DNA of 24,000 nt from Candidatus Caldarchaeum sp. (GTDB lineage Archaea > Thermoproteota > Nitrososphaeria_A > Caldarchaeales > Caldarchaeaceae). Location of the stretch: positions 34,538 to 58,537 of the forward strand of contig JAWACZ010000006.1 of assembly GCA_038896555.1 (NCBI GenBank), written 5' to 3'. Below the pieces are notes generated by a model that was not told the DNA's origin, did no database searches, and saw nothing but the letters and a program-made list of their open reading frames with translations. Shown one piece after another: positions 17,325 to 23,571 of this stretch. Numbering within the stretch: position 1 is the first letter of the stretch; each line of letters opens with the position of its first letter. The position numbers and the translations under genes were made by a program.

Positions 17325-18768
17325 GTTTCTTTGAAGATTTTTCGCCGACGAAGACTAGCAGGCTTAGAACACCCAAGCCAGCGGCGAATACTACGAAAGC
17401 GGTTAGGTCGACCGTGAATCCTATGCCTCCTCCAGCGGATATGCCAGCCGCTTGATAAGCTATTAACACTCCTTTCATGTAGGGATGAATTCCACAGACA
17501 TACTGATACTCGCCTTCTTTCTCGATTTTGAAGCTGAACTTTTCAGCGTTCTTGAGTAAAGGTGACGCGAAAGAGACGGGGCCTTTGACCGCTGCGATGT
17601 TGTGCTGTCCCGTGATCTCCCCAGACCCTATGCTCAAAACATCCTCATTCACCCACATCACGGTTGATCCTACGGGGACCCTTGCTATTTTCGGGTAGTA
17701 GCTGTTTCCAACAATTTGAATGACTACTTTCTCTCCGGGAAGGTATGTATGCGCCTCATCCTGGGATGTGGGTTCGAACGGAGCTATAACCCGTTTAACC
17801 TTATCCGGCAGTGGAAAAGATGGGCCGTCAGGCTTGACCACAGGCAAAGGTGTTGCGTTGACAGAGGATGCGATTAACCCTACTGCGCCTTTTATGGCCT
17901 GCGTTCCAAAAGCATGCGAGACTATGAGGAAGTTCCCTTCAGCGGGCACACGCCACTCGATGACGTACGAGTCTGTCGGGCCGACCGTCACTGTTTGCAG
18001 GCCTACTGCTATGTTGGAGGGGTTGCCTCCCTGATAAGAATACTCCCAGATCCCTCCGACGGCGTGAAAGCTGGACGTCAGGCTTGGGCCTACGTTAAGA
18101 AAGTAGAACCTGACGTAGTCTCCTGGCCGGGCTTGTATGGGCTCGCCCACGTAGCGAAACACTTTACCGTTGAACATCACGTAGGCAGCTTTGCCGTCGA
18201 AGAAGTCTCGACCGTTGAGGTAAACCTCGTGCTGGACGAGGTAGACTTTGATGTCAGGCTCTCTGCCCAGTTGACGTTCAAGAAGATAGCTGCCCTTCCT
18301 AGGCTCGACCACGACCATGCCGTACATCCCAGCGAGAGTGTGTGTAAGAATCCCATGCCCTCCCGGGGCGCAGTGGTACATGTAAACTCCAGGGAAATCA
18401 GCCTTGAAAACAAGCCTACCCTCGCTGCCGGGAGCGATGTTCCCTACAAACTTGGATGTCTGCGTGTTCGCAGAATGTATTGAAAGACCGTGGGTATACT
18501 TGCCCTGATTCCTCACGATTATTTCAACAACATCACCCTCCTGGACTAAGATCAACGGGCCTGGAGACGTGCCGTTGAAAACGAAAGCCCTGAACACTAC
18601 GCCTTCGTCGATTACTACGTCGGCTTCGTCCGCAACCAGCAGGAAGGTTTTGTCTGGTTTGGCGTTGGAGGGCGGGTTGCCGGGCACGCCTGGAGCATAC
18701 TCGATGGAGGAGGCTGACGTCAAAGCCATCACTACCACGATAAAAGACAGGATGTGAACAGGCTTCAT
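17314..18768 (-). CDS. nirK: Copper-containing nitrite-reductase-like (NirK-type) two-domain multicopper protein fused to a C-terminal amicyanin-type cupredoxin and a TM anchor
   Basis: A signal peptide is present (MKPVHILSFIVVVMALTSASS). The NirK ligand blocks are HGLSIH (H93/H98), YHCAPGGHGILTHTLAGM (H132, C133, H143, M148), FHAVGG (H235) and SHAF (H285). The third domain has the ligand pattern H389...C425-G-I-H428-P-Y-M431. A C-terminal TM helix spans aa 452-475. A TATA-like TTTAAAAA (18791-18798) is centred 26 nt upstream of the ATG. Confidence 0.85.
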   Translation of the reverse strand: MKPVHILSFIVVVMALTSASSIEYAPGVPGNPPSNAKPDKTFLLVADEADVVIDEGVVFRAFVFNGTSPGPLILVQEGDVVEIIVRNQGKYTHGLSIHSANTQTSKFVGNIAPGSEGRLVFKADFPGVYMYHCAPGGHGILTHTLAGMYGMVVVEPRKGSYLLERQLGREPDIKVYLVQHEVYLNGRDFFDGKAAYVMFNGKVFRYVGEPIQARPGDYVRFYFLNVGPSLTSSFHAVGGIWEYSYQGGNPSNIAVGLQTVTVGPTDSYVIEWRVPAEGNFLIVSHAFGTQAIKGAVGLIASSVNATPLPVVKPDGPSFPLPDKVKRVIAPFEPTSQDEAHTYLPGEKVVIQIVGNSYYPKIARVPVGSTVMWVNEDVLSIGSGEITGQHNIAAVKGPVSFASPLLKNAEKFSFKIEKEGEYQYVCGIHPYMKGVLIAYQAAGISAGGGIGFTVDLTAFVVFAAGLGVLSLLVFVGEKSSKKHEK

Positions 18769-18787
18769 GGTTGTATCTACTGATGTG

Positions 18788-18878
18788 CGTTTTAAAAATC
18801 ACTTATGCAACACTGTTGCGTCCTGCCTCAGCATGATTTAAACGTTGTAAGTTATTTTTTGCATGGCTATTATTTAAG
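18788..18878. promoter_or_regulatory. Divergent nirK-like / HTH_10 regulator promoter region containing a 13-bp palindrome
   Basis: The nirK-side TATA is TTTAAAAA (18791-18798) and the regulator-side TATA is TTATTTAA (18870-18877, about 28 nt from ATG 18901). A perfect palindrome GCAAC-ACT-GTTGC sits at 18807-18819, just upstream of the nirK TATA. Confidence 0.45.
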
Positions 18879-18900
18879 CGGGTGTCCGCGTGTTAAGGTC

Positions 18901-19548
18901 ATGGTTTTAACCCTCCATGTAGCTAGACTGCTGGACAGCTTGAGGACCTCGCCGACCCAGCTTGCGGTTGTGGTCAAGAACAGCAATTGCAAGGTTGTCC
19001 AGATGCTTCTGTCTAGAAACCTTGAGGGTACTTTTAAATACATAAGGGTGGGCGAGAATACCTCGAGCCACTTGATACATTTCTCAAAACCGGTCGACGC
19101 AAGAGATGTTTTCCCACCTGACACCACGGTATACACGATGGGCCGCAGCTTTTTGTGGATAGACGCGCCCAGCTGTAAGGCCTGTAAGACTTTGTCAAGG
19201 AACTCGGCGATCCCAACCTACGTGATGTTCATAAAAGGAGTCGGCGTACTGTTTTCGTTCCTGACCCCCGGACCCATAGTTTCTAAGAAGATTGTTGACA
19301 GCATGAAGGCTGAAGGGCTGGAGGTTAATGTTCTGAGGAGGTCTTCGCTGAACTTGCGGCAAGTTTTGACAGAGAAGCAAAGCGATGTGCTTTTCACGGC
19401 TATCTCGATGGGTTATTTCTCGCCTCAAAGAGAGGCGAGTCTGAGGGACATCGGCGAGAAGCTGGGGCTGTCGAAGTCCACCGTCTCGAGGCATCTGAGG
19501 GCGGCTGTCAGGAAGCTTGCTCTTTCGCTTCCTACTGAAAGACTGTAG
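18901..19548 (+). CDS. HTH_10 (Bat/bacterio-opsin-activator-type) DNA-binding transcriptional regulator
   Basis: The C-terminal LTEKQSDVLFTAISMGYFSPQREASLRDIGEKLGLSKSTVSRHLRAAVRKL is a textbook HTH_10 domain. The N-terminal ~150 aa form an unrecognised domain with a CKACK (CxxC) motif. I chose ATG 18901 over the track's 18805 because 18805-18900 is promoter-like. Confidence 0.8.
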   Translation: MVLTLHVARLLDSLRTSPTQLAVVVKNSNCKVVQMLLSRNLEGTFKYIRVGENTSSHLIHFSKPVDARDVFPPDTTVYTMGRSFLWIDAPSCKACKTLSRNSAIPTYVMFIKGVGVLFSFLTPGPIVSKKIVDSMKAEGLEVNVLRRSSLNLRQVLTEKQSDVLFTAISMGYFSPQREASLRDIGEKLGLSKSTVSRHLRAAVRKLALSLPTERL

Positions 19549-20044
19549 GCTGGCCCATCCGACCGTGGGAGACAAAGGTCTCCAGAGGCTGGCGATTCTT
19601 TCTTCCAATCACTTTACGCTTAGGGTATCCGAACCCTACGACGCACGCAATATGGTAGTCTGAAGGTATGGCGAACTTCTCCCTCATGGCTTTCTCGTTA
19701 TACCCAGTGTAGATTCTCGACCCCACCCCTCTGTTCCACGCCGCCAACTGCATGTTGGTAATAACCCGGCCAGCGTCTATCAAATGCCATGGATACTTTG
19801 GAGAGGTCAGAACTATGACCGCGCAGCTACACTGAGAGACCCATTTGCCGGTCGTGCTTATCTCCGCAAGCATATTCAAGTCTTCCCGGTTGTCGACGAG
19901 TATAAAACGCCAGTGCTGGCTGTTTAGACCGCTGGGTGAGAGACGTGCCGCTTCAAAAATCTCCCGGACAACTTCGGCGGGTATAGGTCGTGGGTCATAT
20001 TCTTTGAGCTCAAGCCTAGTCCTTATGGCCTCGAAAACATCCAT
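19532..20044 (-). CDS. Nitroreductase-family flavoprotein
   Basis: MDVFEAIRTRLELKEYDPRPIPAEVVREIFEAARLSPSGLNSQHWRFILV is the canonical nitroreductase N-terminus. I prefer ATG 20044, with an alternative TTG at 20059. Its 3' end overlaps the regulator gene by 17 nt. Confidence 0.85.
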   Translation of the reverse strand: MDVFEAIRTRLELKEYDPRPIPAEVVREIFEAARLSPSGLNSQHWRFILVDNREDLNMLAEISTTGKWVSQCSCAVIVLTSPKYPWHLIDAGRVITNMQLAAWNRGVGSRIYTGYNEKAMREKFAIPSDYHIACVVGFGYPKRKVIGRKNRQPLETFVSHGRMGQPTVFQ

Positions 20045-20077
20045 GTCGGATGTCTGCAAACCACAGCATAATAAGCC

Positions 20078-21082
20078 TTACTTCGTTTCAACGATGAAAC
20101 GCCAAAGCTCATCGTGGACGGGGCCTTGTATCCTCTCCTCACCGTTTTCTGAGAGTATCCGCATTCCCATTTTCCTTCTCACAACTCTTCCAATGACTCT
20201 GGCGCCTGTTTTTTCCATGATTGTCCTGCTCAACCGCGGCGCAGTTGCCAAAAGAGTTCCCGAGCTTATGAGCTTCAGCGGGTCTATGTCCACGGCACGG
20301 CAGATTTTCTCCACCAACGGGTCGACCAACACCTTCGACCTCTCTACGTAGAATCCCACGGACGACGCTTGAGCCATTTCATAAAGTCCGCCGACAAGCC
20401 CTCCCTCAGTGGGGTCGTGCATCGCAGAAACGCCTTCACGTGCGAAGGCCAGCGCCTCTTCCACAACGCTCGTTCTACGGATGAATCCGCTTGCCCTTGT
20501 TATGTCTTTAACACCGATGTTTTTTCTTCTCAAGAGATGCGGGTAGTCTGAGGCGATTATCGCAGCCCCCTCGAGCCCTACGGACTTGGCCATAACTATA
20601 TGGTCTCCGGGCTTTGCTCCGTGGCTTGTTATCGGCTTCTTAACTATCAGCCTGCCTATCATGTGACCGACAACGGTCGGAGATGTGACGAAGGGCGCTA
20701 CCTCAGAATGGCCTGTGACCACAGCTACTTCAAGCCTGCGGCATGCTGAGTGAATCTGCCGAACAATTTTCGACAGGTCGCTGTAGCCGCTTCCCTTAGG
20801 CAAGAGGATCGTTGAGGAAAACCACGCGGGTTTTGCGCCTGAAACGGCGACATCGTTTGCTGAAGCATGGACGGAAAGCCATCCCACAAACCTTTTCGAC
20901 CCAGTTATCGGGTCCGTGGAAAGCACGTAAACAGTCTTAGATGTTTTAACCGCCCCAGCGTCCTCGCCATAACCCGGCCAGAGGACAACGTCGCGCCTTT
21001 GATGTCCGAGATGCTTGAGGACGTGTTTTTTCAGAACATCTTCCGGCAGCTTTCCAACGGGAAGCTTCCCCCCATAGACCAT
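20078..21082 (-). CDS. PurM-superfamily ATP-utilising enzyme, HypE/SelD-like but lacking their catalytic cysteines (AIR-synthase-related protein)
   Basis: STDPITG...SVHASANDVAVSGAKP matches the HypE/PurM N-domain signature. The C-terminal domain DPTEGGLVGGLYEM is also typical. The protein ends ...PVHDELWRFIVETK, with no terminal Cys. ATG start. Confidence 0.75.
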   Translation of the reverse strand: MVYGGKLPVGKLPEDVLKKHVLKHLGHQRRDVVLWPGYGEDAGAVKTSKTVYVLSTDPITGSKRFVGWLSVHASANDVAVSGAKPAWFSSTILLPKGSGYSDLSKIVRQIHSACRRLEVAVVTGHSEVAPFVTSPTVVGHMIGRLIVKKPITSHGAKPGDHIVMAKSVGLEGAAIIASDYPHLLRRKNIGVKDITRASGFIRRTSVVEEALAFAREGVSAMHDPTEGGLVGGLYEMAQASSVGFYVERSKVLVDPLVEKICRAVDIDPLKLISSGTLLATAPRLSRTIMEKTGARVIGRVVRRKMGMRILSENGEERIQGPVHDELWRFIVETK

Positions 21083-21099
21083 GACAGCATCCTTCCCAG

Positions 21100-21702
21100 C
21101 TATTCGAGTGCTTGGAGTATTTGGGTCACCTTCCTTGCGTCAGCTGCATTCTGAACCCTCATGAGAAAACGCAGCTTATCGTCGAAAACTCTGAAGCTTT
21201 GGGCCGAGATGTACAGCACGTTGTTGACGTGTTTCACGAGCTCAGCCATCCGGAGGTCTGGGTAGGTTTTCATGGCTTTGAGAAAAGGCTCGACCCTGTA
21301 GGAGGCGGGGATGAACTCGGGTTTGTCGAACGAAAGTCTCGGTATTCCCGCTGAGAACCTCGTGATAAGGCTTCGTAGAAACCCCGTCACATCCCTATTA
21401 ATTAGAGGAGTGTCGCAGGGAAGTGCTAGCACGCCGTCTGTGTTAACTTTCTCAAAAACATGCTCAAGCTGGAAACGAACGTCAAAGCTTTCGTCAACAG
21501 CCTCTTCAACCTCGGCGTCGTATCCCTCAGCAATTACCCTATATTCCTCTAGGCTTTTCTGATGCGACAAAATCATTATGTTCTTAGCGTCGTCGGGAAC
21601 AGAGTCGAGGACATACTCTATCATGGGCTTGTCGTTTATCTTCAAGAGCCCCCTTCTGCCAAGACCGCCTGTGTTTGCGAAAACCGCCGCAGTGTACTCC
21701 AT
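21100..21702 (-). CDS. MobA-like NTP-transferase domain protein (nucleotidyltransferase, substrate unknown)
   Basis: N-terminal AVFANTGGLGRRGLLKINDKPMIEYVL resembles the MobA/MocA GGxSxRMG...DK..L...G.P motif. LALPCDTPLI resembles the aCDmPf block. The central acidic and GPL motifs are poorly conserved, so this assignment is tentative. Confidence 0.55.
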   Translation of the reverse strand: MEYTAAVFANTGGLGRRGLLKINDKPMIEYVLDSVPDDAKNIMILSHQKSLEEYRVIAEGYDAEVEEAVDESFDVRFQLEHVFEKVNTDGVLALPCDTPLINRDVTGFLRSLITRFSAGIPRLSFDKPEFIPASYRVEPFLKAMKTYPDLRMAELVKHVNNVLYISAQSFRVFDDKLRFLMRVQNAADARKVTQILQALE

Positions 21703-21705
21703 TTT

Positions 21706-22653
21706 TCAGCTTCCCATCTTTTCCTTGAGCAGTTGTATGGTTAGCGGCAGTATCTTATAAATGTCTGCTACGAAGAAATAGTCGGACTCTGCGGCTATCG
21801 GTGCGTTAGGGTCTATGTTTACGGCCACTACAGTTCGGGAATCTCTCATGCCGACGAGGTGTTGAACCTGTCCAGAGATTCCTAGGGCGACGTAAAGTTT
21901 TGGCCTGACCCGTTTTCCCGAAAGACCGATATGTCTGTCATCGCTAAGCCAACGCAGGTCGCCTGAGATTGGCCTACTGCATCCGACTTCCGCGCCAATC
22001 AGACGTGCAAGTTCCTCAGCCATGGCTAGGTCTTCTTTTTTCTTGAACCCTCTGCCAACGGCTACGATGAAATCGGCTTTCTCAAGCTCCACGTGAGCGG
22101 TCTCAGGTTTGATGAACTCCAGAAACTCAACGGCAGGTGCGGAGACAGACACGTCGAACTTTTCGGCAAGCGGTTTTTTCTCGACGACTTCACCAAGCTC
22201 CGCCGTGTTCTTCAACGTCACCACCGCCGGGGTTTGCTTGAGCAGGAGCGTCGAAATGTAGCCTCCACCCAAGACAAGCCTTTTAGCGACAACCCCCCTG
22301 TCCGTCTTCTCGAGCGAGATGCATTCAGGAGCATAAGAAGCGTGCAGACGTTGAGCTGCTCTCGCCCCTATCTCGTTGGCCGTTTTAGATGCCCACAGCA
22401 CCAGCAGGTCTGCTTCGGTTTTCTGGACAAGCTCTGCTAGGGCTGCTGCGGCTGCGGGCTCTCCTCCATCCCACAACGCCTGGGGGAGGAGCCAGATTTT
22501 CCCAACACCGGCTTTACCGAGAGCTTCAGCTTCATGAGCTGAGGGTTCTTTGAAGAAGGCGGATGAAACCGTGGCTTCGTTGAAGTTTTTCCTTACGAGG
22601 GCGGCGATTCCCGCAGCCAGCTCAGGCTTTTCCGCAGAAACAACTACTTTCAT
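21706..22653 (-). CDS. etfA: Electron transfer flavoprotein, alpha subunit (EtfA/FixB)
   Basis: The C-terminal FAD-binding block is present: VAVGRGFKKKEDL...GCSRPISGDLRWL...HIGLSGKRVRPKLYVALGISGQVQHLVGM...VVAVNIDPNAPI. Its start overlaps the etfB stop by 4 nt. Confidence 0.9.
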   Translation of the reverse strand: MKVVVSAEKPELAAGIAALVRKNFNEATVSSAFFKEPSAHEAEALGKAGVGKIWLLPQALWDGGEPAAAAALAELVQKTEADLLVLWASKTANEIGARAAQRLHASYAPECISLEKTDRGVVAKRLVLGGGYISTLLLKQTPAVVTLKNTAELGEVVEKKPLAEKFDVSVSAPAVEFLEFIKPETAHVELEKADFIVAVGRGFKKKEDLAMAEELARLIGAEVGCSRPISGDLRWLSDDRHIGLSGKRVRPKLYVALGISGQVQHLVGMRDSRTVVAVNIDPNAPIAAESDYFFVADIYKILPLTIQLLKEKMGS

Positions 22654-23432
22654 CTCTTTCCCCCATGGGCCAGTATCGTTTCAGCAAGCTTTTCGGCAAG
22701 CTCTTCGGGCTTTCCTTCGAAGACTTGCCTACGCCTCTCCGTCTTCAGGGCTTTCACCTCCAGAACATCAGCCATGGGTTTTAGGTCCACTTCCCTCAGC
22801 CCGAGTTCTTCACGTTTCACGTCGTTTACGGGTTTTTTCTGAGCCGCCCTAATCATAAGTAGGCTTGGCAGCCTAGGCGTGTTGATTTCAAGCCCCACGG
22901 TGACCACCGCGGGTGTTTTACATGACACAACCTTAACGCCCTCCTCGACAGATTTCCAAGCCTTGACGGAGCCACCAAGCCATTCAAGCTTGCTGACATA
23001 TGAGACGTGTGGGATGTTGAATATCTCCGCAAGACGCGGCCCTGTCTGGTAAGCGTTTTCATCCAGCGAAGCCTCCCCGCACAGTATCAGATCCCATTTC
23101 CCGACCTTCTTCTCTATTATCTTCGACAGGACAAAGGCCGTGACATGCCCGTCGGCTTTGCTCATCGCAGGGTCAGAGAAGACATAAGCTTCGTCCGCGC
23201 CCATGGCTAAGCACTCTCTAACCAGCAGTGTTTTGACGTCGTGACCTGCAGTTACTAAAAACACTCTCCCGCCGTGTTTCTCCTTAATCCTTATCGCCTC
23301 CTCCAGAGCGTTGAGGTCAAAGTCACTGTTTTTGAACTGGGCTTGGGCTAGCTGCGGCGCAAGCGTTTCCGGATGCGGCTTAAGCTGATAGACATCGACC
23401 GTCTGCTTAACGCAAACAACCAAGTCCGGCAT
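22650..23432 (-). CDS. etfB: Electron transfer flavoprotein, beta subunit (EtfB/FixA)
   Basis: MPDLVVCVKQTVDV..., NSDFDLNALEEAIRIKEK, ILCGEASLDENAYQTGPRLAE and TPRLPSL blocks are present. I chose ATG 23432 over the track's TTG at 23465. Confidence 0.9.
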   Translation of the reverse strand: MPDLVVCVKQTVDVYQLKPHPETLAPQLAQAQFKNSDFDLNALEEAIRIKEKHGGRVFLVTAGHDVKTLLVRECLAMGADEAYVFSDPAMSKADGHVTAFVLSKIIEKKVGKWDLILCGEASLDENAYQTGPRLAEIFNIPHVSYVSKLEWLGGSVKAWKSVEEGVKVVSCKTPAVVTVGLEINTPRLPSLLMIRAAQKKPVNDVKREELGLREVDLKPMADVLEVKALKTERRRQVFEGKPEELAEKLAETILAHGGKR

Positions 23433-23481
23433 AGCGCACGCCTCAAAACTACCTGCGAGCGGCAACTAAAATACTGTAGGG

Positions 23482-23498
23482 AAACGATCGTTTAAACG
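23482..23498. promoter_or_regulatory. Overlapping perfect palindromes AAACGATCGTTT / CGTTTAAACG in the etfB / secreted-protein intergenic region
   Basis: Read directly: 23482-23493 is a 12-bp palindrome and 23489-23498 is a 10-bp palindrome. They lie about 50 nt upstream of the etfB ATG and about 75 nt upstream of the + strand ATG at 23572. Confidence 0.3.
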
Positions 23499-23571
23499 GT
23501 TTTGAATGATTAAAAATCGATTCCACGGATTTCTGTTCTTGTCTTGCATATATAGGGGCTGGTGTGAGGGC

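Noticed and set aside
17771-17779. GGTTCGAAC, a tRNA T-loop-like sequence
   Set aside because: The flanking bases do not form a T-stem (GTGGG is not followed by CCCAC), there is no acceptor or anticodon arm, and it lies inside the NirK-like coding sequence.
17914-18483. 189-aa ORF on the + strand (also 17720-18034 and 18569-18757)
   Set aside because: These ORFs are antisense to the NirK-like gene, whose copper-ligand motifs fix the true frame and strand.
18805-18900. 32-codon N-terminal extension of the HTH_10 regulator (track start 18805)
   Set aside because: The extension covers the promoter-like region, including the TATA-like TTATTTAA at 18870-18877. Its Cys/His/Tyr-rich peptide looks like non-coding read-through. 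ATG 18901 is correctly spaced from the TATA.
19845-20351. 168-aa ORF on the + strand
   Set aside because: It is antisense across the nitroreductase / PurM-like junction. It is Ser-rich and low in complexity and has no start context.
23433-23465. 11-codon TTG-initiated extension of etfB
   Set aside because: EtfB proteins normally begin directly at the M-x-[IL]-[LV]-V-C-[VI]-K strand (here MPDLVVCVK). The TTG sits immediately next to the TATA-like TATTTTA, which is too close for a transcript to include it.
23500-23540. Possible C/D-box sRNA (TGAATGATTA ... TTCTGTTC)
   Set aside because: The C-box-like AUGAUUA and D-box-like CUGU both deviate from RUGAUGA / CUGA. No terminal stem or internal C'/D' pair is visible on either strand.
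23506-23571. In-frame upstream ATG that adds 22 codons (MIKNRFHGFLFLSCIYRGWCEG) to the terminal secreted-protein ORF
   Set aside because: It would bury a canonical signal peptide behind an extra hydrophobic segment, and it reads through the TATA-like box at 23546-23556. ATG 23572 gives a standard n-h-c signal peptide.
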